From Candidatus Caccoplasma merdavium (lineage in GTDB: Bacteria; Bacteroidota; Bacteroidia; Bacteroidales; UBA11471): a stretch of 64,000 nt of DNA. A model generated the notes under the pieces. It did not search any database and was not told the origin of the DNA. It was given only the letters and a program-made list of their open reading frames with translations. Where the stretch lies: positions 12,586 to 76,585 of the forward strand of contig DVLI01000020.1 in NCBI GenBank assembly GCA_018715595.1, read 5' to 3'. The position numbers and the translations under genes are program-made. How positions within the stretch are numbered: the first letter of the stretch is position 1; each line of letters starts with the position of its first letter. Below are positions 49,123-58,828 of the stretch, in pieces.

Positions 49123-49662
49123 ATGAACGCCAAGCCTCCGACCTCGCCATTTACCCGATATATCGACAATGAACATCACTATGACGAAGTGATTGCCCGC
49201 TTTGCCACTGTCGAACGTTCCCTATGGATAGGTACGGCCGACCTGAAAGATGTGTATGTGAAATCGGGTGCTAACGCAATTCCACTGTTGGGTGTTCTCG
49301 ACAAACTGGTAAAAAGGAATGTCGAAATACGACTGCTCCACGCCAAGGAACCCGGACCGGCTTTCCAAGACGATTTCGACCGTTATCCATCATTGATTCA
49401 CGGCATGGAACGCGCACTCTGTCCACGCGTACATTTCAAAATCATCGTATTCGACTTCGAGACCGCCTACATCGGTTCGGCCAACATGACCGGTGCCGGC
49501 ATCGGCATGAAGAGCGACGCACGACGCAATTTCGAGGCCGGGATTTTAACGACCGACCCGGTTTTGGTATCACAAGCCATTGAACAGTTCGACGCTGTAT
49601 GGCGTGGGGCTTACTGTCAGAAATGCGGGCGCAAGAAATTCTGCGCCGACCGCATAAAATAA
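49123..49662 (+). CDS. Single-HKD phospholipase D-like (Nuc-type) protein
   Basis: HFKIIVFD (HxKxxxxD), GSANMT and NFEAG motifs; Cys-rich C-terminus. Confidence 0.85.
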   Translation: MNAKPPTSPFTRYIDNEHHYDEVIARFATVERSLWIGTADLKDVYVKSGANAIPLLGVLDKLVKRNVEIRLLHAKEPGPAFQDDFDRYPSLIHGMERALCPRVHFKIIVFDFETAYIGSANMTGAGIGMKSDARRNFEAGILTTDPVLVSQAIEQFDAVWRGAYCQKCGRKKFCADRIK

Positions 49663-49817
49663 AATTCCTCATTTTTCTTCATTCTTACAAACAACAGGTC
49701 GTCGCGCCAAGGCAAACGGGTACGTCCCCTCAGGTGTATTTCCCAACAAAAAAAACAAAATTAATCGTCAATTCGTCCAAAATCTATAAGATTTCTTTTA
49801 TTTGTCAACAAAATCAT

Positions 49818-49825
49818 TAACTTTG
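49818..49825 (+). promoter_or_regulatory. -7 promoter element for the amidase-ior operon
   Basis: TAACTTTG 22 nt upstream of the ATG. Confidence 0.65.
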
Positions 49826-49847
49826 TCGATTCTTAATCGAAATTACC

Positions 49848-50609
49848 ATGAAAATTGCCATAATTCAAAACGACATTGTCTGGGGCAATCCGGCCGCCAA
49901 CCGCGAACATGTGGCGGAGATATTGGCCGACTGCGAGCAGGTCGACCTGCTGGTGCTGCCCGAGATGTTCTCGACCGGATTCTGCACCCGGCCCGAGGGT
50001 TTGGCCGAGCCGGCCGACAATCTTACCCTGCTCCAAATGAAAGAGTGGGCGGCACAGTATGACTGCGCCGTGGCAGGCAGCGTGGCCGTGGAAGACGGGG
50101 GACGATACTACAACCGATTCTACTTTGTAAAACCCAACGGCGAAACGACTTGCTACGACAAGCATCATCTTTTTACTTTCGGCGGCGAGGACAAGCATTT
50201 TACCCCCGGGGACAAACGGGTCACCGTCGACTACATGGGGGTGCGCATACTGCTGCAAATCTGTTATGACCTGCGTTTCCCGGTCTTCTCGCGTAACCGC
50301 AACGACTACGACCTGGTGTTGTATGTGGCCAGCTGGCCGTCACCGCGAGCCGAAGCCTGGAAAGCGCTGCTGCGTGCCCGTGCCATCGAGAACCAATGTT
50401 TCGTGGTGGGCGTCAACCGCGTGGGCGACGACCCCGCCTGCTCCTACTCGGGCGACAGCGTCGTGCTCGACGCCTACGGACACACCTTGGCTGCCTGCAC
50501 TCCGGGAAAAGAGTGCGTGGCCTATGCCTACATCGACATGAACGAACTGGCAAAATTCCGGCACAAATTTCCCGTATTGGCCGACGGAGACGACTTTGCC
50601 TTGAAATAA
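49848..50609 (+). CDS. Nitrilase-superfamily amidohydrolase (YafV/omega-amidase-like)
   Basis: LPEMF, YDKHHLF and ICYDLRFP (E-K-C triad), VASWP and ARAIENQ motifs. Confidence 0.9.
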   Translation: MKIAIIQNDIVWGNPAANREHVAEILADCEQVDLLVLPEMFSTGFCTRPEGLAEPADNLTLLQMKEWAAQYDCAVAGSVAVEDGGRYYNRFYFVKPNGETTCYDKHHLFTFGGEDKHFTPGDKRVTVDYMGVRILLQICYDLRFPVFSRNRNDYDLVLYVASWPSPRAEAWKALLRARAIENQCFVVGVNRVGDDPACSYSGDSVVLDAYGHTLAACTPGKECVAYAYIDMNELAKFRHKFPVLADGDDFALK

Positions 50610-50620
50610 CAGACTTTATT

Positions 50621-52240
50621 ATGATGAGTGAACAATCTGACAAACTCCTATTGTTGGGAGACCAAGCCATCGCATTAGGAGCCATTCATGCCGGCCTGAG
50701 CGGCGTCTATGCCTACCCCGGCACACCTTCGACCGAGATTACCGAATATATACAGGAGAACGAACTTGCCCGCGAAAGAGCCATTTTCTGCCGTTGGTGC
50801 ACCAACGAAAAGACAGCCATGGAAACGGCTCTCGGCATGTCTTACATGGGCAAACGCGCCCTGGTGTGCATGAAGCATGTGGGCCTCAACGTGGCGGCCG
50901 ACGCATTCGTAAACTCGGCCATTACCGGCGTGAACGGCGGCCTCGTGGTGCTGGTGGCCGACGACCCGTCGATGCACTCTTCCCAAAATGAGCAGGACTC
51001 GCGCTTCTACGGGAAGTTTGCCCTCATGCCCATTCTCGAACCGTCGTCGCAGCAAGAAGCCTACGACATGATGAGTTATGCCTACAACCTGTCGGAACAG
51101 GTGAAACTGCCCATTCTCATGCGCGTGACCACCCGCATGGCCCACTCGCGGGCCGCCGTGGCGACGGGTCCCGTGCGTGAGCCCAATGCCATGAACCACC
51201 AAGCACAGGCTGCCAACTTCATCTTATTGCCGGTAAATGCACGCCGGCGATATGCCGAGCTGGTCGACCAGCAACCTCTTCTCGAACAGCTTTCCGAGAC
51301 ATCGGCCTACAATCGCTACCTCTCTTCGGGCAAGACCTCTCCCCGGGGCATCGTGGCCTGCGGTATCGGCTGGAACTATGTGAACGAATGTTTTCCCGAG
51401 GGGTGCCCTCTCCCCTGCCTGAAAATTTCCCAATATCCCCTTCCCGAAGGATTGCTCCGCGACATGGCCGAACAATGCGACGAGATTGTCGTCGTCGAAG
51501 ACGGACAGCCTTTTGTCGAAGAACAGTTGCGCGGGATTCTGCCTACCCGCTGTTCCATCACGGGCCGACTGACAGGGCTCCTGCCCCGCACCGGAGAACT
51601 GACGCCCGACAATGTGGCACGAGCCTTGGGCATGACACACACCGCCCCTTATGCCGCCTCGCAGGTGGTCGTGCCACGCCCGCCCGCCTTGTGCCAAGGG
51701 TGCGGACACCGCGACGTTTATGCCGCCATAAAGGAAATCGTAGCCGAAATGCCCACGGCCAAAGTGTTTGGCGACATCGGGTGTTACACCCTGGGGGCCC
51801 TGCCTCCGTTCAAGGCCATCGACAGTTGTGTCGACATGGGAGCCTCGATTACCATGGCCAAGGGTGCGGCCGACGCCGGCCTGTTCCCGGCCATCGCCAT
51901 CATCGGCGACTCCACGTTCACCCATTCGGGCATGACCGGGCTGCTCGATGCCGTAAACTGCAACAGCCCCATCACCGTCATCATCTCGGACAACCTCACC
52001 ACGGCCATGACCGGAGGCCAGGACTCGGCCGGCACCAACAAGTTCGAAGCCATCTGCATAGGATTGGGCGTCGACCCGGCACATGTGCGCGTCGTCGTGC
52101 CGCTGCCCAAGAACATGGAAGAGATAAAACAGGTATTGCGCGAAGAAATCAATTACCCGGGCACATCGGTCATCATTCCCCGCCGGGAGTGTATCCAGAC
52201 CCTGAACCGCAAACTCAAACAGAAAAAAGCTAACGCATGA
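50621..52240 (+). CDS. iorA: Indolepyruvate/phenylpyruvate:ferredoxin oxidoreductase alpha subunit
   Basis: AYPGTPSTE, NEKTAME, MKHVGLNVA, DDPSMHSSQNEQD, LCQGCGHR, GDIGCY and GDSTF motifs. Confidence 0.93.
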   Translation: MMSEQSDKLLLLGDQAIALGAIHAGLSGVYAYPGTPSTEITEYIQENELARERAIFCRWCTNEKTAMETALGMSYMGKRALVCMKHVGLNVAADAFVNSAITGVNGGLVVLVADDPSMHSSQNEQDSRFYGKFALMPILEPSSQQEAYDMMSYAYNLSEQVKLPILMRVTTRMAHSRAAVATGPVREPNAMNHQAQAANFILLPVNARRRYAELVDQQPLLEQLSETSAYNRYLSSGKTSPRGIVACGIGWNYVNECFPEGCPLPCLKISQYPLPEGLLRDMAEQCDEIVVVEDGQPFVEEQLRGILPTRCSITGRLTGLLPRTGELTPDNVARALGMTHTAPYAASQVVVPRPPALCQGCGHRDVYAAIKEIVAEMPTAKVFGDIGCYTLGALPPFKAIDSCVDMGASITMAKGAADAGLFPAIAIIGDSTFTHSGMTGLLDAVNCNSPITVIISDNLTTAMTGGQDSAGTNKFEAICIGLGVDPAHVRVVVPLPKNMEEIKQVLREEINYPGTSVIIPRRECIQTLNRKLKQKKANA

Positions 52241-52818
52241 AAACCGACATCATATTATCGGGCGTAGGAGGACAAGGCATTCTTTCTGTCGCCACCATCA
52301 TAGGTGAAGCCGCCCTGGCCGAGAACCTATACATCAAACAGGCCGAGGTGCACGGCATGAGCCAACGGGGCGGTGACGTGCAGTCGAACCTGCGCCTCTC
52401 GGACCAACCCATCAACTCAGACCTCATCGCTGCGGGAAGTGCCGACGTCATCATATCGCTCGAACCCATGGAGGCCCTCCGCTACCTGCCCTACCTCGCA
52501 CAGGAGGGGTGGATTATCACCTCGTCGACCCCATTTGTGAACATACCCAACTATCCCGACGAAAACCGACTCAAAGCCGAGCTCGAAAAATTGCCGCACG
52601 TCGTCATGCTCGATGTCGACGCCTTGGCCAAAGAACACAACCTCCCGAAAAGCGCCAACGTCATTCTGCTCGGTGCCGCGGCCAAAGCCTTGCAAATCAT
52701 CGGATACGAGGACCTCGAAAAAAGCATCGCCCGCGTCTTCGCCGGCAAAGGGCAAGCCGTGGTGGAGATGAACATCAAAGCCCTGTCGATAGGCTACCGG
52801 GCCGTCGAAAAAATATGA
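52237..52818 (+). CDS. iorB: Indolepyruvate:ferredoxin oxidoreductase beta subunit
   Basis: GVGGQG, EVHGMSQRGG and LEPMEALR motifs; ATGA-type overlap with iorA. Confidence 0.93.
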   Translation: MKTDIILSGVGGQGILSVATIIGEAALAENLYIKQAEVHGMSQRGGDVQSNLRLSDQPINSDLIAAGSADVIISLEPMEALRYLPYLAQEGWIITSSTPFVNIPNYPDENRLKAELEKLPHVVMLDVDALAKEHNLPKSANVILLGAAAKALQIIGYEDLEKSIARVFAGKGQAVVEMNIKALSIGYRAVEKI

Positions 52819-52828
52819 TACTCCTGCC

Positions 52829-54154
52829 ATGAAACATCAGATATTCAGCACCGAGCTTGTCGAAGAGGCGGCTCGCAAAATGAAAGTGGCCAACCTGCAA
52901 GAGGCTACGATAGGCGACGTCCTGCTGGTCGCCTCTTATCTCGAAAACGAGACAGGAATCCCGTTTATCCGCATGGACCAAGGCTCGCCGGGACTCCCGG
53001 CCAACCGCATCGGCATCGAGGCCGAAAAAGCCGCCCTCGACCGCGGCATAGGCGCCACCTATCCGGCCGCCGCCGGCGTACAGGAGTTGAAAGAGGCCGC
53101 CTCGCGATTTGTAAAAGCATTCATCAACACCGACATCTCCCCCCGCGCCTGCATACCCACGACCGGTTCGGTAGCCTCGTCGTTTGCCTCGTTCATCGCC
53201 TGCACCCAACGCGACCCGCAGAAAGACACCGTCTTGTTTATCGACCCGGGCTTTCCCATACAGAAATCGCAACTGCGCATTCTGGGAGTGAAGTGGGAAC
53301 AGTTCGACATCTACCATTTCAGAGGTGAAGCCCTACGGGAAAAGCTCGAATCGTTTCTCTCCAAAGGCAACATCGCCGCCATCATCTACTCCAACCCCAA
53401 CAACCCGGCCTGGATATGCCTCGAAGAGAGCGAGTTGCAGATCATCGGCGAATTAGCGACCCGATACGACGTCGTCGTGCTCGAAGACCTGGCCTACTTC
53501 TGCATGGACTTCCGCCAGAACATGGGCAAGCCCTACGAGCCCCCCTACCCGCCTACGGTGTCGCGCTATACCGACAACTACATCATCATGCTCTCGGCCT
53601 CGAAGATTTTCAGCTATGCCGGACAACGCATCGCACTGGCCTGCATCTCCGACCGGCTGTTCGACCGCCAGTTCCCGGCACTGGCCGAGCGGTATGCCGA
53701 CTCGGGCATCTTCGGCCCCACCTTCATCGCATCGATTCTCTACATGATAACATCGGGCTGCACGGCATCGACCCAATACGGTTACGCCGAGATGCTCAAC
53801 CGCTCGGTCGACGGCACCATCGACTTCGTTGCCGACGTCTCGGCATACGCCGAGAGAGCCGCCAAGATGAAAAAAATATTCACCGACAACGGTTTCCACA
53901 TCGTCTACGACCGCGACGTCACACGCCCCGTCGGCGACGGCTTCTTCTTCACCATCGGATATGGCGACATGACCAGCGGCGAACTCATGCGCGAACTGCT
54001 TTACTACGGGGTGAGCAGCATCTCCCTGTCGACCACCGGCAGCGAACAGCAAGGCGTGAGAGGCTGCACCTCGCGCATGCGTGACGACCTCTATCCCGTA
54101 CTGCAAGAACGCATGGAAAAATTCCACCTCGACCACCCTGTTTCATCAATATAA
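52829..54154 (+). CDS. Class I/II PLP-dependent aminotransferase
   Basis: NPNNP, EDLAY and SASKIFSYAGQR (PLP lysine) motifs. Confidence 0.88.
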   Translation: MKHQIFSTELVEEAARKMKVANLQEATIGDVLLVASYLENETGIPFIRMDQGSPGLPANRIGIEAEKAALDRGIGATYPAAAGVQELKEAASRFVKAFINTDISPRACIPTTGSVASSFASFIACTQRDPQKDTVLFIDPGFPIQKSQLRILGVKWEQFDIYHFRGEALREKLESFLSKGNIAAIIYSNPNNPAWICLEESELQIIGELATRYDVVVLEDLAYFCMDFRQNMGKPYEPPYPPTVSRYTDNYIIMLSASKIFSYAGQRIALACISDRLFDRQFPALAERYADSGIFGPTFIASILYMITSGCTASTQYGYAEMLNRSVDGTIDFVADVSAYAERAAKMKKIFTDNGFHIVYDRDVTRPVGDGFFFTIGYGDMTSGELMRELLYYGVSSISLSTTGSEQQGVRGCTSRMRDDLYPVLQERMEKFHLDHPVSSI

Positions 54155-54176
54155 ATTTTTAGAATCTACTGATACC

Positions 54177-55478
54177 ATGATTTGGAACGAAAGCAAAGAA
54201 TGCATGAGCCGCGAACAGATGCACGAACTGCAAAGCAAGCGTTTGCGGAAACTCGTCACGACCGTATATCACAACACCCCTTTCTACCGACGCAAAATGC
54301 AGGAGATGGACATTACCCCCGATGATATACGCTCCATCGACGATATTGTGAAACTCCCGTTTACCACCAAACAAGACCTGCGCGACAACTACCCGTTCGG
54401 CCTGCAAGCCGTGCCCACCTCGGAGATTGTGCGCATTCACGCCTCATCGGGGACAACCGGCAATCCCACCATCGTGGGATATACCCGGCGCGACCTCGAA
54501 ATATGGCAGGAGAGCATTGCCCGCTGCCTCACGGCCTACGGCATCACCCGCAACGACGTCTTCTCGGTGGGTTACGGATATGGCCTCTTCACCGGCGGAC
54601 TGGGCGCCCACTACGGAGCCGAATATGTGGGGGCCACGGTGATTCCCACCTCCACGGGTAATACCGAGAAACATGTGCGCCTCATTCGCGACCTCGGCAT
54701 CACCGGCATCGCCTGCACGCCGAGCTATGCCCTCTATCTCGCCGAAACGATAGAAAAGATGGGGGTCGACGCCAAACAGTTAAAATTGAGAGTGGGCATG
54801 TTCGGAGCCGAACCGTGGACCGAAAACATGCGCAAAGAAATCGAGAGCCGACTGCATCTCAACGGTTACAACTGCTACGGACTGAGTGAAATCATGGGCC
54901 CCGGCGTGGCGCACGAATGCGAATGCAAGAACGGTTCGCACATACTCGAAGACCACTACTACCCCGAAATCATCTCACCCGATACCCTGCAACAACTCCC
55001 ATACGGAGAGACCGGAGAACTGGTCCTGACCACGCTCACCAAAGAGGGTATGCCGCTGCTGCGCTATCGCACCAAAGACCTGACGTCGCTTATCGAAGGC
55101 ACCTGCGATTGCGGCCGCACCAATGTGCGCATGACCCGCATCGTGGGTCGCAGTGACGACATGCTCATCATTCGCGGTATCAACGTATTCCCCTCACAGG
55201 TCGAAAGTGTCATCTTGGATATGCCCGAGTTTGAGCCGCAATACCTGCTGGTGGTAGACCGCATCAACAACCTCGACACGTTGCAGGTGCAGGTCGAAGT
55301 CCGTCGCGACTTCTTCTCGGACGAACTGAGTACCATGCTCGCGCTGAAAAAACGGCTTGCCGACCGCCTGAAAAGCGTACTGACCGTAAGCGCCGACGTG
55401 AAACTGGTAGAGCCCAACAGCATTCAACGTTCCGAAGGGAAATCAAAACGCGTCATCGACAAACGCGTCATCGAATAA
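54177..55478 (+). CDS. paaK: Phenylacetate-CoA ligase
   Basis: HASSGTTG, YGYGLFTGG, GAEPW, YGLSE, LRYRTKD, GRSDDM and GINVFPSQ motifs. Confidence 0.94.
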   Translation: MIWNESKECMSREQMHELQSKRLRKLVTTVYHNTPFYRRKMQEMDITPDDIRSIDDIVKLPFTTKQDLRDNYPFGLQAVPTSEIVRIHASSGTTGNPTIVGYTRRDLEIWQESIARCLTAYGITRNDVFSVGYGYGLFTGGLGAHYGAEYVGATVIPTSTGNTEKHVRLIRDLGITGIACTPSYALYLAETIEKMGVDAKQLKLRVGMFGAEPWTENMRKEIESRLHLNGYNCYGLSEIMGPGVAHECECKNGSHILEDHYYPEIISPDTLQQLPYGETGELVLTTLTKEGMPLLRYRTKDLTSLIEGTCDCGRTNVRMTRIVGRSDDMLIIRGINVFPSQVESVILDMPEFEPQYLLVVDRINNLDTLQVQVEVRRDFFSDELSTMLALKKRLADRLKSVLTVSADVKLVEPNSIQRSEGKSKRVIDKRVIE

Positions 55479-55495
55479 CATAAAACAGAGTTCCT

Positions 55496-55915
55496 ATGAT
55501 AACCATCAAACAACTGTCCATATTTCTGGAAAACAAGAATGGCCGCATCAACGACGTAGCCAAGGTGCTGGCCAAAGAAGGCATCAACATGCAGGCATTC
55601 AGCATGGCCGAGACGGCCGACTTCGGCATTCTGCGGCTCATCGTCTCCGACGTGGAGAAAGCCGTATCGGCCCTGCGGGCAGCCGACTTTGCCGTGATGC
55701 TCACCGATGTCGTGTGCATACAATGTGCCAACACCCCCGGCTCCCTGTCGAAAATTCTCGACTATCTTGCCCTCGAAAATATCTTCATCGAATATATGTA
55801 CGCCTTCTCCGAGGGCGACACGGCACGCACCATCATTCGGCCCACCGACCTGTCCAGGTGCATCGAAATTCTCCAAAAGAACGACTGCCGCATTCTCGAC
55901 AAATACAGCATCTGA
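55496..55915 (+). CDS. Tandem ACT domain amino-acid-binding protein
   Basis: QLSIFLENKNGR, DFGILRLIV, NTPGSL and IEYMYAF motifs; typical paaK neighbour. Confidence 0.9.
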   Translation: MITIKQLSIFLENKNGRINDVAKVLAKEGINMQAFSMAETADFGILRLIVSDVEKAVSALRAADFAVMLTDVVCIQCANTPGSLSKILDYLALENIFIEYMYAFSEGDTARTIIRPTDLSRCIEILQKNDCRILDKYSI

Positions 55916-55940
55916 TTTCCCGCCCCCGCTGAAAAGGTCC

Positions 55941-55979
55941 AAAAGCCGGATACTCCATGATATGGAGTATCCGGCTTTT
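55941..55979. terminator. Bidirectional terminator
   Basis: AAAAGCCGGATACTCCAT-GAT-ATGGAGTATCCGGCTTTT. Confidence 0.88.
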
Positions 55980-56007
55980 CAGGTTTTACGGCATGGCTCA
56001 CTGCGAC

Positions 56008-56418
56008 CTATTCGAGCCCCTCGACAGGAAGTTCACAACTCTTGCGGTAGCCCGACGAAGTCATCAAAGCGACCAGCTCGCCCTGCTCATTGGTTATGCG
56101 CACCTCGATGCAGGGAATCTTTTTATGATTGACCACCTCCACGGCTTCGGCATAGAGGTACCCGGCCGACTCGGAACGGAAAAACGTGACATTCGATGTG
56201 ACGGAGAGCGTGAGAGCCTTACGGCTGTTGGCGGCAGCGGCAAAAGCCAAGTCGGCCAAGGTAAAGAGCGCTCCGCCCTGGCACACCCCGCCACCGTTGA
56301 GATGGCGCGGCTCAATGAGCATGCGGGCCCGGGCTTGGCCCTCTTTTATTTCGAGCAACTCTACACCCGACTCGGCGGCAAAGCGGTCATTTTCTGAAAG
56401 GAACTCTTTGAGTGTCAT
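56008..56418 (-). CDS. paaI: PaaI family hot-dog thioesterase
   Basis: HLNGGGVCQGGALFTLADLAFA motif. Confidence 0.85.
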   Translation of the reverse strand: MTLKEFLSENDRFAAESGVELLEIKEGQARARMLIEPRHLNGGGVCQGGALFTLADLAFAAAANSRKALTLSVTSNVTFFRSESAGYLYAEAVEVVNHKKIPCIEVRITNEQGELVALMTSSGYRKSCELPVEGLE

Positions 56419-57389
56419 GGCTTTTCGGTGTTTTTGTTCGCACAGGTATGGAGAAAATCCAACACATTGCGGCGTATATCGTCGATTTCTTCTGTCGTAA
56501 ATGTCCGGAATGAATGACCGGCACCGGGATAGACCACCAAACGATGTGGGGTGTCGGCCTTGGCAAGGGCCCGCGCCAACTTGCGAGACTGCTTCAAAGG
56601 CACCACCTTGTCTTTGTCGCCATGCAACAAAAGGGTGGGAACCGCCCCTTCGCCCACATAGGTCATCGGAGAATAGTAACGGCAAGTCGAATTGACCCGT
56701 CTCCGCCTCCGCTCGTCGCCCGAAAAGACCGAGAGCATCATCTCCCGTTCGCGGTAAAGTGCCGGAGCCGCCATTTTCACCAGCCCCAACGACAAGGGGT
56801 CGAGGTGTGTGCGGAACAACTTATTGAGATGGGTAGGCCCGTAATCGTCTATCACATAATCGACTTGTGCGGGATAGGACGACAAGAGCGAATCTCCACG
56901 GAAAAGCGTGTCGGGCGTATAAGCGGCCAACAGCGAGAGATGCGCACCGGCCGAGGCCCCCCACAGGCCGATGCGATGAGGGTCGAGACGGTACTCCCGG
57001 GCATGCGCCCGCACCCATCGAATGGCATCTTTGCAATCGGCAATAGCACGCGGGAACGAGGCTTCTCCGCTCAACGTGTCGGCCAGGAGATATTCGATGC
57101 TCACCACGGCGTAGCCTTCATCGAGTACAGCACGAAGCACCTCTTCCATATAAGGAATGACAAAAGCCTCCTTGCTGCCGGTCACCCACGACCCGCCGTG
57201 TATATACACAATCACAGGATAGGGCCGCGACAGGGTCGTATCGGGCGGCAAATAGATGTCGAGTTTCATCGAGAGGCTGTCGACGGTTTTATAGGCGACA
57301 TCACGCCAAACCGGGGCAACCGGCCGGGCAAAAAGTTGCCCCGGCAGAGCAAACAGAATCAAAAACAAAAGTAAAATAATCCGTCTCAT
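56415..57389 (-). CDS. Exported alpha/beta hydrolase (HSL-like/BD-FAE-type esterase)
   Basis: Signal peptide, LDIYLP, HGGSW, GASAG, HGDKD and GAGH motifs; ATGA overlap with paaI. Confidence 0.88.
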   Translation of the reverse strand: MRRIILLLFLILFALPGQLFARPVAPVWRDVAYKTVDSLSMKLDIYLPPDTTLSRPYPVIVYIHGGSWVTGSKEAFVIPYMEEVLRAVLDEGYAVVSIEYLLADTLSGEASFPRAIADCKDAIRWVRAHAREYRLDPHRIGLWGASAGAHLSLLAAYTPDTLFRGDSLLSSYPAQVDYVIDDYGPTHLNKLFRTHLDPLSLGLVKMAAPALYREREMMLSVFSGDERRRRRVNSTCRYYSPMTYVGEGAVPTLLLHGDKDKVVPLKQSRKLARALAKADTPHRLVVYPGAGHSFRTFTTEEIDDIRRNVLDFLHTCANKNTEKP

Positions 57390-57447
57390 AGAAATACAAA
57401 TATACACCGATATACCCATAAACAATCCGCAAGAAGAAATTATTTAC

Positions 57448-57473
57448 AAAAAAAATTCCCCGAAGGGAATTTT
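57448..57473 (-). terminator. Terminator after the LuxR gene
   Basis: Minus strand AAAATTCCC-TTCG-GGGAATTTT followed by a T run. Confidence 0.85.
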
Positions 57474-57521
57474 CTTTTCCAAAACGACTCGGAACAAACA
57501 CAAATAATATTATGACGCGGA

Positions 57522-58130
57522 CTATTCTTCTTTGCGGTGAATCGACCCTTTCACGTCGTTCAGGTCGACAAAGCGATTGACAATGGCATATATGGTGAGA
57601 CCGGCTGCGCTGTGTATCTGCAACTTGGCAGCGATGTTGCGACGATGGGTAATCACCGTGTGTGTCGAGAGGCACAGTTTCTCGGCAATCTGTTTGTTGG
57701 TCCACCCCTTGACGACCCCGATGATAATCTCCTTCTCCCGCTCGGTAAGCGGTTCGTGGGTCGACTCCTGCACATCGGCTTTGTGCAGTTTTTCAATCTT
57801 TTCCCGAATAACCTCGGCCGTATCGTAGATGGTAATGATTTCGTCATACCCTTTCAGTGTGGAGACATCGGCCAGCGTATATTGCAATGCGATACATTTC
57901 AGTCCCTCACACTCTTTTCTTATCTGTTGCAGCGAGAAGGCACCGGGAATGAGCGGGTTGATTATCAACATGTCGGGCTTGCGCCAAGAGAGTGTCGACG
58001 GCAACTGGGACACATCGGTAACCTCTATCATCTCGATATTGAGCGACGGGAGACGCCGCAACACCGAGAGTATGCCGCTGCGTATGATGAGCGACGGCTC
58101 GACAACCGCAATTTTCAACAACGACTTCAT
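57522..58130 (-). CDS. LuxR-family regulator with an atypical receiver-like domain
   Basis: C-terminal LTEREKEI...IAEKLCLSTHTVITHRRNI HTH; N-terminal REC-like fold. Confidence 0.88.
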   Translation of the reverse strand: MKSLLKIAVVEPSLIIRSGILSVLRRLPSLNIEMIEVTDVSQLPSTLSWRKPDMLIINPLIPGAFSLQQIRKECEGLKCIALQYTLADVSTLKGYDEIITIYDTAEVIREKIEKLHKADVQESTHEPLTEREKEIIIGVVKGWTNKQIAEKLCLSTHTVITHRRNIAAKLQIHSAAGLTIYAIVNRFVDLNDVKGSIHRKEE

Positions 58131-58828
58131 AGACCTTGCGCCCTTTCCTGTTCGAGCCTCATGACGGCGGGAATAAACAACGTGTTCTCGATATAATTGT
58201 GCGAAGCCAAATCTTCTTCACAGGTGAATATGTCGAACAAGACCGAGTTCAACTCGTTACTGCTCTCGGCAGGATAGTATTTGATGAGGATATTTTTCAA
58301 CTCGCCGAGCTTGGCCTCGACCTGGTCGTGCTGCCGGCTGAAAACATCGATGCTGTACCCCGACGGCAGCGGTTCCATACGGAGAAGCGCCGTAACATAG
58401 GGATAGACGGTCTGCTCTTCGTAGTGCATGTGTTTCTGCACTTCGGCCGCATACTCGTCGAAGAAACACAAGATGGCAAACGACACATCTTTCTGCCCGC
58501 AATCGATGGCGTCGAGAAGGCGGCGACGAATGGCCGGCAACTTGAATTGCAGGAAATAATCGTGAGAGTTGTGCAGGTATTGCATCATTGCCTCTATCGA
58601 AAACGAGGAAGCTTCGGCCTCGGTGTGGTCTTCGTCGAGAAGGCAGTTGGTAATCGACAAGAAAGTATCGACATCGACACCGTTGTCGCGGCACACTTCT
58701 TCTATCGTTTTGTCGCCAAACCCCAGCGGTATTCCGAATCGGCTCATAACCAGCAATATCGGATAGTTCTCGCACACCAACACGCTCATGGGGTCGGTTT
58801 TCTTGTATTTGCCCAGTCTGTACATCAT
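58127..58828 (-). CDS. Hemerythrin/HHE domain protein (ScdA/RIC-like N-terminus)
   Basis: RFGIPLGFG..TIEEVC N-domain; NSH, HMHYEE, HDQVE and HNYIEN metal-ligand motifs. Confidence 0.85.
   Translation of the reverse strand: MMYRLGKYKKTDPMSVLVCENYPILLVMSRFGIPLGFGDKTIEEVCRDNGVDVDTFLSITNCLLDEDHTEAEASSFSIEAMMQYLHNSHDYFLQFKLPAIRRRLLDAIDCGQKDVSFAILCFFDEYAAEVQKHMHYEEQTVYPYVTALLRMEPLPSGYSIDVFSRQHDQVEAKLGELKNILIKYYPAESSNELNSVLFDIFTCEEDLASHNYIENTLFIPAVMRLEQERAQGL

Noticed and set aside
50396-50620. N-terminal extensions in the ORF track (iorA, guaA, topB, nrdG, flavodoxin, paaI, rbr)
   Set aside because: They overlap neighbouring genes or promoters; downstream ATGs match the family N-termini and were used instead
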